From assembly GCA_031553005.1 (NCBI GenBank), contig JAVBMA010000008.1, forward strand, positions 78 through 64,077: a DNA stretch of 64,000 nt, given 5' to 3'. The translations under genes and the position numbers were made by a program. Of the stretch, positions 26,813 to 36,019 are shown one piece after another. The DNA is from Paludibacteraceae bacterium (GTDB lineage: Bacteria > Bacteroidota > Bacteroidia > Bacteroidales > Paludibacteraceae). The notes below the pieces were generated by a model that worked only from the letters and a program-made list of their open reading frames with translations, was not told the DNA's origin and did no database searches. Numbering within the stretch: the first letter of the stretch is position 1; each line of letters begins with the position of its first letter.

Positions 26813-28393
26813 ATGAAAACAATTCCAAGACTTATTTTTACAATAGCATTCACAATACTTGCGTGTGGATTATCAACCGCACAAACAACAAAAATCAAGA
26901 GTCAGTGGCAAACCGAAAAGGATAAAAATTTTTCAAAATCATCTTTTTTCGAGCATTTTCTTGGTCAAGATGAAGACAACTATTATATACTACTTCAAAA
27001 AACACGTAATACTACCTACTCGAATAGAGAGTACGAAATTGCGAAATACGACAAAAAAACACTTTCGCTAAAAGAACAGAAGAAAATTGATATGGACGTG
27101 GCTCTTGTTGAGAAAGTTCGTAATATAGCAGGAGAAACGTATGCTTATATTTGGGAAAATCCTCCGACTTCTCGCCTTAATTATATGAGCCGTTATAACA
27201 ATAAAAAACACGGTTTCTATAAATTTAATACGGAAAAAATGGAGTTTGAACTTTTACCCGGTCGAATAGATTTTTTGCCTTATGATTGGCCGTGTGAATA
27301 CTTCCTATCGCCGGATAGTTCCAAAATCCTATTCGTATACAACAAAATGTCAAAAAAAGAAAACTTACACCGCCTTGTTTTGGTTGATAATAAGATGAAT
27401 AAGATATGGGAAAAAGAGATAAATCTCCCTTTTAATTATTTTATTCTGAACGATGGGTTTGGCGATAGTTTCCTGACAAATACAACTATTGCGTTGGATA
27501 ATGCCGGTGCGGTTTATTTTGCAGATCGTATTTATTCTTCAAATACGGATTATAATTACCATATTTTGAAATATGAGGGAGGAAAATTTTCGCAAGATTT
27601 CAAATTGACAATGAACGGATTAAAATACAATAATTGCCAAGTAAATTTGGATAAAAACGATAATTTATTTGCTATTGGTTTTTATTCCGAAAACGAAAAA
27701 AAAATAGGAGGATACTATTTTACATTGGATAAAAATTTAACCCAAGCGAAAAATCTTTACTTCAAAGAGATGAAACTTGAACAATTGTATCTGACAAATC
27801 CAAAAGAAACGAAAAAGAAAAGTGTGGGCGAGATTTTAGAAGAATTTGCTTTTTACCCGGCAGAGTATAGTGCAAACGGCGATATAATAATAGGAGCAGA
27901 AGGCTCTGCCAGACCATCGAAAACTGAAACACCTCAAAAAGCAGCTAATGGAGGAAACAAAACAGAACGTATTCGTAAGGGTAATACCGATACTTACGTT
28001 TTCAGAATAAACCCCGAAAACGGTATAAGTTGGTTAAAACGAGTGCCCAAAAAACAAGAAATTGCAATAGATTATTCCGGTTCGAATAAAGAAGGTTGCA
28101 AATTCTTTGTGGAAAATGACAATGTTGTTCTGCTTTTTAACGATCATCCTAAAAATATCGATTTAGATGAAAATGCGACTAATGTATTGTTGGCTTGGAA
28201 TCTCAATGTCAAACCAATGATTGTAACCATTGACGCATACGGCAAACAAAAACGGCAACTTCTCAGTGTACCTGACAAGTTTATTTTAATCCCACAAATA
28301 TCAAATGGTTATTTTGTTGCCAATAACAAAATACTTATTTCAGCTCGCTATAAAAATGATGCCAAAATAGGAATTATAACGGTAGGAGAATAA
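26813..28393 (+). CDS. Hypothetical secreted protein (526 aa)
   Basis: Signal peptide; no motif I recognise; Asn/Lys/Tyr-rich. Confidence 0.5.
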   Translation: MKTIPRLIFTIAFTILACGLSTAQTTKIKSQWQTEKDKNFSKSSFFEHFLGQDEDNYYILLQKTRNTTYSNREYEIAKYDKKTLSLKEQKKIDMDVALVEKVRNIAGETYAYIWENPPTSRLNYMSRYNNKKHGFYKFNTEKMEFELLPGRIDFLPYDWPCEYFLSPDSSKILFVYNKMSKKENLHRLVLVDNKMNKIWEKEINLPFNYFILNDGFGDSFLTNTTIALDNAGAVYFADRIYSSNTDYNYHILKYEGGKFSQDFKLTMNGLKYNNCQVNLDKNDNLFAIGFYSENEKKIGGYYFTLDKNLTQAKNLYFKEMKLEQLYLTNPKETKKKSVGEILEEFAFYPAEYSANGDIIIGAEGSARPSKTETPQKAANGGNKTERIRKGNTDTYVFRINPENGISWLKRVPKKQEIAIDYSGSNKEGCKFFVENDNVVLLFNDHPKNIDLDENATNVLLAWNLNVKPMIVTIDAYGKQKRQLLSVPDKFILIPQISNGYFVANNKILISARYKNDAKIGIITVGE

Positions 28394-28478
28394 TTGCAAT
28401 ACAAAAGAGAAACAGTGATAGCGAAAACCTGAAAAAAGAGAGAAAACGAACTAATTTTAATTATTAAAAAAATCACAA

Positions 28479-29231
28479 ATGAGCAATCTTAAATTTTCAC
28501 TCACATTAGGCTTATTTGCCATAATGTTCAGTTCTTATGGCCAAGAAATATCTGATTCAACGTCAACAAATCCAAATGAACCACTGGCTTACGACAAAGG
28601 TGTAGTAATTAACGGTGTAAAATGGGCAACCCGAAATGTGGACAAACCCGGTACTTTTGCAACTAAACCCGAAGATTCAGGGATGTTCTATCAATGGAAC
28701 AAAAACATAGGTTGGTGTGCTGAATCGCCAATTACTGCATCAGACGGAACAACTAAATGGGATAAATTCTGGGAGTGGACGAAAGGAGGAAAACGCGTAA
28801 AAGAAGGAACATGGACAGGTGGTGATATGACTACTTGGGAAAGAAGTAATCAACCCTGTCCGAAAGGATGGCGTTTACCCACAAGCGAGGAACTAAAAAC
28901 ACTCGCCAAAGCAAAAGGTAAATTTACAGAATTGAATGGAGTGAAAGGATACACATTCGGCAGCGGTTCCAATTCAATTTTCATACCGGCAGCAGGTTTC
29001 ATTTCTCAAAGTACCTCAGGAAGTTTTAAAAATAAAACTACTACAATTTATAATTTTAGTAGGAATGTAGAAGGCTATATTTGGAGTGACACAAAGTATA
29101 AGTACGAATCACCGAGCGAAGGACATACTGCGAATACGTTGTTTTTTGACAAATATAACGTTATGGTAAACATAAAAAACAATAGAAGTCCGATTGATTT
29201 AGGATTATCATGTCGTTGCGTTGCTGAATAA
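28479..29231 (+). CDS. FISUMP (Fibrobacter succinogenes major paralogous) domain protein
   Basis: VINGVKWATRNVD..., FYQWN and CPKGWRLPTSEELKTL are hallmarks of the Fib_succ_major domain. Confidence 0.75.
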   Translation: MSNLKFSLTLGLFAIMFSSYGQEISDSTSTNPNEPLAYDKGVVINGVKWATRNVDKPGTFATKPEDSGMFYQWNKNIGWCAESPITASDGTTKWDKFWEWTKGGKRVKEGTWTGGDMTTWERSNQPCPKGWRLPTSEELKTLAKAKGKFTELNGVKGYTFGSGSNSIFIPAAGFISQSTSGSFKNKTTTIYNFSRNVEGYIWSDTKYKYESPSEGHTANTLFFDKYNVMVNIKNNRSPIDLGLSCRCVAE

Positions 29232-29241
29232 TTCAATAGAA

Positions 29242-29880
29242 ATGATGAACAAGTTTAATTTATTTTTGATAGGGTTGATGGGGATTTTATCCCTATCAAC
29301 CTCGTATGCCCAACGTGTGGGCGGTGGGGTGGAAATATCATATATTCGTCCAAATCCCAAACAAGAATTTGGTTTTATGTTAAAACAAGCACCGGGATTT
29401 GCAATTACAACTCGTAGTGACAATGAATATCGTTTACGTTGGGGCGTTTCTTTCGGCTATGTACCATTTACAACAACAATGGACGTATTCCCCACTTTTG
29501 CATACGAAACCGGAGATAATAAAGAGATTTATTACCAAGGAGAAGAATCATTAAAAAATAATCGCTATCATTATTTTTATGGGGCAGGAATCGGCGAATT
29601 TAAAATTTTGAAAACACCTTTTAGTCCGATAGTCGGATTGGATTTCAGAATTAATTTTTCAACTTATACATACACTTCATATTTCCTCGAAAATCCTTAC
29701 TCAGGCAGTATTGAAGATTCGAACAATGATATTTCCATATCGTTTGTTCCCAAAGCAGGCGTAGTCTATGACCTCAAAGATTTTTCTTTTTTACTTACCG
29801 CCGGCTATAATTGGGACATTACTCCACAAAATATGTATCCCTATACGACAGTTTCTTTTAGTGTAATTTATTACTTTTAA
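29242..29880 (+). CDS. Hypothetical outer-membrane beta-barrel-like protein
   Basis: Start set at ATG 29242 (MMNKFNLFLIGLMGILSLSTSYAQ). Alternating strand pattern and a C-terminal aromatic (..VIYYF). Confidence 0.45.
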   Translation: MMNKFNLFLIGLMGILSLSTSYAQRVGGGVEISYIRPNPKQEFGFMLKQAPGFAITTRSDNEYRLRWGVSFGYVPFTTTMDVFPTFAYETGDNKEIYYQGEESLKNNRYHYFYGAGIGEFKILKTPFSPIVGLDFRINFSTYTYTSYFLENPYSGSIEDSNNDISISFVPKAGVVYDLKDFSFLLTAGYNWDITPQNMYPYTTVSFSVIYYF

Positions 29881-29885
29881 TAACA

Positions 29886-30680
29886 ATGAGATATATTATT
29901 TTCTTTTTGACTACAGCACTATTTTTAACGAGTTGCAACGACGATAAATATCTTCGATTGCCCTCTGTAGAAACTTCGTTCGTAGAAGTTTCGGGAACAG
30001 ATGTTATTCTTTCCGGAAAAGTTATAGATGACGGTAATGCCGGAATATGGACACTCGGTTTTTGTTACGACCAAGACCAAGCCCCGTCAACAATTAAAAA
30101 AAATCAAACTTTGGTTGATTGGATGTACGAAGATGGCACATTTGGAGCAACTATACAAAGATTGAAACAAGATTCAACCTATTATTTCAAGGCGTTTATA
30201 GTTACAGATTTAGGATATGCTACAGGCGAAGTTATAGAATATACCGTACCTCGTTTTGAAGCTCCGGAATCACCTTGTGAAAACAAATTAATCACGAATC
30301 GAGTCACAGATGACGGACGGAATTATACGGTTACAGCTTACCAATCCGCAAAATTCGAAACGTATGATATTTTTGTAAATTGCGGCCCTTGGAATCCCGA
30401 CATCAAAATTTCTTTCAGAGAAAAACCGATAACAGGAATTTACAAAACAGTTGATAGAATTGAGCGTTACGGGGCAACTAACGATATATCAATAAATATC
30501 AGTAAAACAATTGGTTATAGCACTCCAACTATGCCTATCAATTCGGGGCAATCTGTCTATCTAAATTGTATAGATGAGAATAAAATTGTAATATCTTTTT
30601 GCGATTTAGCCTATCCTATGCAAGTAAACAATACGAATTATGATGTCACATTGAGCGGAAAGATTGAACTTGAAAATTAG
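29886..30680 (+). CDS. Hypothetical lipoprotein
   Basis: Lipobox LFLTSC; Ig/Fn3-like N-terminal segment; no known motif. Confidence 0.5.
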   Translation: MRYIIFFLTTALFLTSCNDDKYLRLPSVETSFVEVSGTDVILSGKVIDDGNAGIWTLGFCYDQDQAPSTIKKNQTLVDWMYEDGTFGATIQRLKQDSTYYFKAFIVTDLGYATGEVIEYTVPRFEAPESPCENKLITNRVTDDGRNYTVTAYQSAKFETYDIFVNCGPWNPDIKISFREKPITGIYKTVDRIERYGATNDISINISKTIGYSTPTMPINSGQSVYLNCIDENKIVISFCDLAYPMQVNNTNYDVTLSGKIELEN

Positions 30681-30728
30681 AAAATAAAGCCAAGCAAAAT
30701 AGCACCTCCGTTAAAAGAAAAAAAAATG

Positions 30729-30879
30729 AGGCTGTCTCAAAAGCCTATATTCTTTACAACAAAGGACACAAAGTAAATTCACAAAGAACACAATATACTG
30801 ATAATCAACCAACATACTTTGTATCCCTTAGTGTAAAACTTTGTGTCCTTTGTGGTAGAAAGACTTTTTGGACAGCTTC
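30729..30879. repeat. M-type MITE-like palindromic element, copy 1
   Basis: Inverted repeats ACAAAGGACACAAAGT / ACTTTGTGTCCTTTGT plus an outer pair GCTGTCTCAAAAG / CTTTTTGGACAGC. The right end, reverse-complemented, matches the left end of 53634-53727. Confidence 0.7.
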
Positions 30880-30982
30880 TTATAACCTTTATACTACGGA
30901 GAACAGAAATGAATTTACCGTTAAAATAGATTCTTCTATTATAAGAAAACTACTTTATAGAAAGTATAGAACTCGTTATTTC

Positions 30983-31828
30983 TTAGCCCCCAATAACTTC
31001 ATACAGCCATTTTATCTCTTCCGGCCATTTGGTTTCATCCGGCGTTTCGAGAATCAACGGAATATTGTCGAACCTTTCATCCTGCATAATCCATGCAAAC
31101 GGATCAAAGCCAAGAACTCCGGAGCCAAGGACTTCATGCCTGTCCACACGCGAACCTACTCCTTTTTTAGAATCGTTCAGGTGCATCCCTTTCAAATAAT
31201 GAAAGCCGATAATCTGAGCAAACGACTCAAAAGTTTTAACAAAACTATCTTTCTCCAACAGATCATACCCAGAGGTAAGCGCATGACAAGTATCTATACA
31301 AACGCCAACGCGGCTTTTGTCTTCCACCAAATCAATAATAAACTTCAACTCTTCAAACTTATTTCCCACATTACTCCCCTGCCCTGCCGTATTTTCAATA
31401 ACGGCACAAACATTTGCGGTCTTGCTTAATGTGATATTTATTGATTCTGCAATACGCTTAAGACACTGTTCGGTACTTATCTCTTTCAGTGAGCTGCCGG
31501 GGTGAAAATTAAGAAGTTGCAATCCCAATTGTTCGCAACGCTGCATTTCATCAAGAAAGGCTGCACGCGATTTTTCAAGACCATCTTTATTAGGATGTCC
31601 CAAATTAATCAGATAACTATCATGCGGAAGGATATATTCGGGTAAGAAACCATGTGTTTCACAATTCATTTTAAACTTGCCAATACTTTCGCGCGAAAGC
31701 GGCGCAGCGTTCCACTGTCTCTGGTTTTTAGTAAATAAGGCGAATGCTTTTGCTCCTATCCGGGCTGCATTCAACGGTGCATTTTCGACTCCTCCGGATG
31801 CACTTACATGAGCTCCAATATATTTCAT
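30983..31828 (-). CDS. nfo: Deoxyribonuclease IV (endonuclease IV)
   Basis: 281 aa, [13 protein letters not shown]..., HDSYLINL and CIDTCH motifs. Confidence 0.9.
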   Translation of the reverse strand: MKYIGAHVSASGGVENAPLNAARIGAKAFALFTKNQRQWNAAPLSRESIGKFKMNCETHGFLPEYILPHDSYLINLGHPNKDGLEKSRAAFLDEMQRCEQLGLQLLNFHPGSSLKEISTEQCLKRIAESINITLSKTANVCAVIENTAGQGSNVGNKFEELKFIIDLVEDKSRVGVCIDTCHALTSGYDLLEKDSFVKTFESFAQIIGFHYLKGMHLNDSKKGVGSRVDRHEVLGSGVLGFDPFAWIMQDERFDNIPLILETPDETKWPEEIKWLYEVIGG

Positions 31829-31935
31829 TATTTCTATTTTTACGGCAAGTTACATTTTTTGAATCAATTTCTCCCTCTTCAAAAAAATAAAAAAGGTGCG
31901 AAAGAAATAAAAATCTCCCCCTCGCACCCTCTCCC

Positions 31936-31963
31936 TTACTTTTCACCTTTCACCTTTCACCTC
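31936..31963 (-). repeat. GTGAAAG-family heptamer array that starts with the rubrerythrin TGA
   Basis: Minus-sense reads AAGAGG TGA AAGGTGAAAGGTGAAAAGTAA. The stop codon at 31957-31959 is the first TGA of the array. Confidence 0.85.
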
Positions 31964-32508
31964 TTAAAATACCGGTTGTACAACCCCTGAAAGCCCTGAC
32001 CATGTCTCGCCTCATCCTTAGCCATTTCATGAACAGTATCGTGAATTGCATCCAGATTCAATTCCTTTGCACGTTTGGCAATGCGCATTTTATCGGCACA
32101 AGCGCCGGATTCGGCATTCATACGTTTTTCCAAATTGGTCTTGGTATCCCAAACAACCTCGCCAAGCAATTCGGCAAATTTAGCAGCATGTTCGGCCTCT
32201 TCGATTGCATAACGTTTATATGCCTCGGCAATTTCAGGATAACCTTCACGGTCTGCCTGACGGCTCATAGCCAGATACATACCTACTTCGGTGCATTCAC
32301 CCATAAAATGAGCGTTCAAGTCCCTGATCATCTCCTCGTCGCAATCTTTTGCAACTCCGATTACATGCTCGGTAACAAATGATAAAGACTGTGTTTCGTC
32401 CAGTTCTTTAAACTTGCTTGCCGGAACTTTACATTGAGGACATCTTTCTGGTGCTTCTTCTCCTTCGTGAACATAGCCACATACTGTGCAAATAAATTTC
32501 TTTTTCAT
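31957..32508 (-). CDS. rbr: Rubrerythrin with an N-terminal rubredoxin-like domain (reverse rubrerythrin architecture)
   Basis: 183 aa with CTVCGY...CPQC at the N-terminus followed by ferritin-like E..EX2H motifs (EEAEHA, DEARH). Confidence 0.9.
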   Translation of the reverse strand: MKKKFICTVCGYVHEGEEAPERCPQCKVPASKFKELDETQSLSFVTEHVIGVAKDCDEEMIRDLNAHFMGECTEVGMYLAMSRQADREGYPEIAEAYKRYAIEEAEHAAKFAELLGEVVWDTKTNLEKRMNAESGACADKMRIAKRAKELNLDAIHDTVHEMAKDEARHGQGFQGLYNRYFKR

Positions 32509-32526
32509 GATTGTTTTTAATTAAAA

Positions 32527-32538
32527 AAATAATTATTT
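32527..32538. promoter_or_regulatory. Fur/PerR-box-like palindrome upstream of rbr
   Basis: AAATAATTATTT is a perfect 12-bp palindrome, 19 nt upstream of the rbr ATG. Confidence 0.3.
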
Positions 32539-32590
32539 ATGTGTTTAACTTATGCAGGATTAATGAATAAAAAGTGTTTGAGAAGTTCTC

Positions 32591-33037
32591 TTAACCAATA
32601 GCATTTCCTGTCTTGCGTTCTTTGTCTTCCTTACATTTTTTGCAATAACCTTTATAATAAACATGAGTCTCGGTAATTGTCAGTTCTCCGATATTTTCGA
32701 CTGTTATTGCATCCAACTGTTCCATTTCAATATCATAAATACACCCGCATCCCAAACAGATAAAATGTGCATGTGGAGAGACATCTCCATCAAACCGGGC
32801 ATTTTTTTCCTCTATATTAATACATGTAACCGCCCCCTGTTCCATAAACAATTTTAAGGTATTGTAAACCGTCGTTTTTGATAAGGTTGGTATGGAAGGC
32901 GACAATGCATTAAAAATTTCTTCGACCGTAGGATGTGTTTTATGACTCCTCAAATAATCCATTATAGCTATCCGCTGAACAGAAGGCTTAATATCATATT
33001 CCATCAAATATTTATCAGTTGTCATTTTGAATATCAT
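32591..33037 (-). CDS. Fur family transcriptional regulator (PerR-like)
   Basis: 148 aa with a winged-helix N-domain, and CLGCG...CKKC zinc site. The start may be the second Met (33025). Confidence 0.8.
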   Translation of the reverse strand: MIFKMTTDKYLMEYDIKPSVQRIAIMDYLRSHKTHPTVEEIFNALSPSIPTLSKTTVYNTLKLFMEQGAVTCINIEEKNARFDGDVSPHAHFICLGCGCIYDIEMEQLDAITVENIGELTITETHVYYKGYCKKCKEDKERKTGNAIG

Positions 33038-33038
33038 T

Positions 33039-33051
33039 TGTAATTATTACA
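33039..33051. promoter_or_regulatory. 6-1-6 inverted repeat TGTAAT-T-ATTACA next to the Fur-family gene start
   Basis: Perfect palindromic half-sites resembling the Fur/PerR-box architecture. It sits very close to the start codon, so its role is uncertain. Confidence 0.25.
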
Positions 33052-33264
33052 CAATTGAAATCATTACAAATATGAGAAGTTATTTTAATCACTGCAAATT
33101 CTTGTTTATACTTTTTTGCTAAAAAATTATAAAATAATCCAACTTTACAATATAATCAATTATGAATTAAAGATTTATCACAAAAAAAGAATCTGATTTA
33201 GGAGGAAATTTATTTATTTGAAACGAATCAATAAGGTTTGAACAAATCTTCCTATTTAAATTTG

Positions 33265-33272
33265 TATTTTTG
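33265..33272 (+). promoter_or_regulatory. -7 promoter box (TATTTTTG) for nspC
   Basis: Exact TAnnTTTG about 90 nt upstream of ATG 33363. Confidence 0.4.
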
Positions 33273-33362
33273 CTTTCCGGATTTCGAAGATTCGCAATTC
33301 ATTTCATATCTCATTACATTTCAAATATTTAAAAAATATTCATTTTGCATTCAACTATACCC

Positions 33363-34502
33363 ATGATAGATTATTCAAAAATACCTTCTCCTTGCTATGT
33401 CGTAGACGAAGTCCGTTTACGCAAAAATTTAGAATTAATCCGCTCTGTAAAAGAACGCTCAGGAGCTGAGATCATTATGGCATTCAAGGCTTTTGCCTTA
33501 TGGAAAGTCTTTCCAATCGTAAAAGAATACATTCCCTGTTCTACGGCAAGCTCGCTTAGCGAAGCCCGATTGGCATTCGAAGAGATGGGAAAACCTGCCC
33601 ATACATACGCTCCGGCATATACTGATAAAGAGTTCCCGGAAATTGCCGGATACAGCAGCCATATTACATTCAACTCACTGAATCAGTTTCATCACTTCCA
33701 ACCTGTCCTGAAAAAACTGAATAAAGATATTTCCTGCGGATTAAGAATAAATCCGGAATTTTCGGATGTCGAAACCGATTTATATAATCCTTGTGCCCCG
33801 GGATCCCGTCTGGGTATTATCTCCGGTTTACTCGGAGAAGCCCTTCCTCAAGGTGTGGAAGGATTACATTTTCATACATTATGCGAATCCTCTGCATCCG
33901 ATCTGGAAAGGACACTGGCTGAGGTTGAATCCAAATTCGGAAAATATTTTCCACAAATCAAATGGATTAACATGGGCGGAGGGCATTTGATGACCCGTAA
34001 GGATTACGATGTCGAACATCTTATCTCTTTATTACGCGCTTTCAAATCCCGCTATCCATGGTTGCAAGTGATATTGGAACCGGGCAGCGCTTTTGCCTGG
34101 CAGACCGGTGAACTGGTGTCAACCGTTACGGATATTGTAGAAAATAAAGGCATCAAAACAGCTATTCTGGATGTTTCCTTTGCATGTCACATGCCCGATT
34201 GCCTCGAAATGCCTTATAAACCTGCAATATTAGGAGCTAAAGACGAAACTGAAGGTAAGCCGACCTACCGCATGGGTGGCAATAGTTGCCTTTCCGGCGA
34301 CTTTTACGGAAACTGGTCTTTCGACAAAGAGCTACAAATAGGCGACCGGATCGTATTTCTTGACATGATACACTATACAATAGTAAAAACAACCATGTTT
34401 AACGGAATATCGCATCCGTCAATTGCCCTTTGGACTAAAGAGGGGAAATTAAAGATGCTGAGGGAATTTGGGTATGAGGATTATAAGATGAGGATGAGCT
34501 GA
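33363..34502 (+). CDS. nspC: Carboxynorspermidine decarboxylase
   Basis: From ATG 33363 (MIDYSKIPSPCYVVDE...). PLP-dependent decarboxylase fold with the NspC-type N-terminus. Confidence 0.85.
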   Translation: MIDYSKIPSPCYVVDEVRLRKNLELIRSVKERSGAEIIMAFKAFALWKVFPIVKEYIPCSTASSLSEARLAFEEMGKPAHTYAPAYTDKEFPEIAGYSSHITFNSLNQFHHFQPVLKKLNKDISCGLRINPEFSDVETDLYNPCAPGSRLGIISGLLGEALPQGVEGLHFHTLCESSASDLERTLAEVESKFGKYFPQIKWINMGGGHLMTRKDYDVEHLISLLRAFKSRYPWLQVILEPGSAFAWQTGELVSTVTDIVENKGIKTAILDVSFACHMPDCLEMPYKPAILGAKDETEGKPTYRMGGNSCLSGDFYGNWSFDKELQIGDRIVFLDMIHYTIVKTTMFNGISHPSIALWTKEGKLKMLREFGYEDYKMRMS

Positions 34503-34523
34503 AAGGTGAAAAGGGAAAGGTTG
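34500..34523 (+). repeat. GTGAAAG-family heptamer array that starts with the nspC TGA
   Basis: GAGC TGA AAGGTGAAAAGGGAAAGGTTG. Confidence 0.8.
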
Positions 34524-34566
34524 TAATTCTTTTTTCAAAACTATTTTGGTGAAAAAGAAAAATAAC

Positions 34567-34574
34567 TATATTTG
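34567..34574 (+). promoter_or_regulatory. -7 promoter box (TATATTTG) for the tRNA-Gly/tRNA-Leu pair
   Basis: 13 nt upstream of tRNA-Gly. Confidence 0.5.
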
Positions 34575-34586
34575 CACGGTGAAAAT

Positions 34587-34662
34587 GCGGAAGTAGCTCA
34601 GTTGGTAGAGCATAACCTTGCCAAGGTTAGGGTCGCGGGTTCGAATCCCGTCTTCCGCTCCA
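34587..34662 (+). tRNA. tRNA-Gly (anticodon GCC), CCA encoded
   Basis: Acceptor GCGGAAG/CTTCCGC, anticodon loop TTGCCAA, T-loop GGTTCGAATCC, then TCCA. Confidence 0.9.
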
Positions 34663-34693
34663 ATTTGACAGGATATATCTGTCAATTTTTTTT

Positions 34694-34777
34694 GCTCAGG
34701 TGGTGAAATTGGTAGACACGCTACTTTGAGGGGGTAGTGCCGGTTCCGGTGTGTGAGTTCGAATCTCATCCTGAGCA
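34694..34777 (+). tRNA. tRNA-Leu (anticodon GAG), long variable arm
   Basis: Acceptor GCTCAGG/CCTGAGC, anticodon loop TTGAGGG, variable arm GTGCCGGTTCCGGTGT. Confidence 0.9.
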
Positions 34778-34781
34778 CTTT

Positions 34782-34809
34782 AAAAGCTGCGTAAATAGCA
34801 GCTTTTTTT
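34782..34809 (+). terminator. Terminator after tRNA-Leu
   Basis: AAAAGCTGC GTAAATA GCAGCTTTT followed by a T-run. Confidence 0.75.
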
Positions 34810-35050
34810 ATTATTTAATATTAAGTATATCTGTTTAAAGCAATTACGATTAATCTCCTTTCATATTTTACTAATTAATTGTATATTTGTTTCGCAATAG
34901 AATATTTATAATAGGTGTCCAAGAAAACATATATCCTCATTGCTGATTTTTAGTTATTTACAATAAAAAATTCATTATAATACAATGAACTAAAGGGAGT
35001 GAAAAAGTATTTCATTCTCAATCTTCAATTACTAATTTCAATTTTTACGT

Positions 35051-35635
35051 ATGAAAACACTGAAATCCATTTTAATCATTAGCTTATGCATTCTTGCCTT
35101 CGGATCATGTAAAAAAGACAATGATTTAGAAGAAACCGACAAAGAGCCTTCCGGCAAACTAATACTTTCTCAATTCGGAATGGAAGCCGAGTTTCCTTTA
35201 ACCGGATGGAGCAATCAATTTTATTATGATTTTGATGACCCTGGTTATGAAATGGAATGCATCTTGACCTATTTGAAAGATAGCAAAGAGATAACTAATG
35301 AAAAGGAAAATTATTCTGTTTGTATTTATTTTACGCGTCTTGTTTCTACTTTTGAAAATGAAGAGAAAGCAAATGGAATGATTAAAGAATTCAAAAATAT
35401 TTATGAAGGAAAACCAGAATATTCGTTTGTTTCTGATATTACATCTGCTCAAATAAGTAAATACAATGCTTCAAAAATGGAATGCAAACAGGAAAATTCA
35501 ATCGAGGAATCTTATTTTATATATCAGAATAACCGGCTTTACAGGATTGTCATTGTCATGCCCGAAGATAAAATTGACAATTACTATGCCGGATGTAAAG
35601 AAATCATTGATACATTAGTAATAACGGGTAATTAA
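35051..35635 (+). CDS. Hypothetical lipoprotein (194 aa)
   Basis: Lipobox AFGSC; no recognised domain. Confidence 0.5.
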   Translation: MKTLKSILIISLCILAFGSCKKDNDLEETDKEPSGKLILSQFGMEAEFPLTGWSNQFYYDFDDPGYEMECILTYLKDSKEITNEKENYSVCIYFTRLVSTFENEEKANGMIKEFKNIYEGKPEYSFVSDITSAQISKYNASKMECKQENSIEESYFIYQNNRLYRIVIVMPEDKIDNYYAGCKEIIDTLVITGN

Positions 35636-35640
35636 GTTTT

Positions 35641-35990
35641 TTGCCATATTTTTCAGGACACATATAAACCAGTTGACCAGTAATTCTTGTTTACTCCAGG
35701 GCATCCGCATCAAAATATTATCATTCTATATTAAAATCCGCATATATTGTTCCTAACGGAACAATATATTGGTAGAAACATTGGGTTAGTAATATTTTTG
35801 TGCCGTTAGAACAAAATGTTTTTATATTACGTACCTGACGGTACGATGAACGATGGAGAATCGTTTTTCTACCACTATGCTGTGCCTAACGGCACATTTC
35901 TCCCGTAATTCACATTATCATATCCATGACATTTTAATGCGGTTGCTCTGCGTTTACTCTGTTGACTTGTCTACTCGCCATTAAATTTTC
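35641..35990. repeat. R-type repeat, copy 3, split by an inserted element
   Basis: The left half 35641-35696 (TTGCCATATTTTT..AACCAG..TTCTTGTTTACTCC) and right half 35951-35990 (CGTTTACTCTGTTGACTTGTCTACTCGCC) match the R1/R2 ends. Confidence 0.55.
35701..35946. mobile_element. N-type MITE-like composite inserted into the R-type repeat (no transposase)
   Basis: Terminal inverted repeats GCATCCGCATCAAAAT / ATTTTAATGCGGTTGC (14/16). Interior hairpins GTTCC-TAAC-GGAAC, GTACC-TGAC-GGTAC and GTGCC-TAAC-GGCAC, with GGTAGAAA / TTTCTACC arms. Confidence 0.5.
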
Positions 35991-35991
35991 G

Positions 35992-35999
35992 TATCTTTG
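35992..35999 (+). promoter_or_regulatory. -7 promoter box (TATCTTTG) for the ABC-F gene
   Basis: 21 nt upstream of the ATG. Confidence 0.5.
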
Positions 36000-36019
36000 C
36001 CGCCAAAAAAATTTATACG

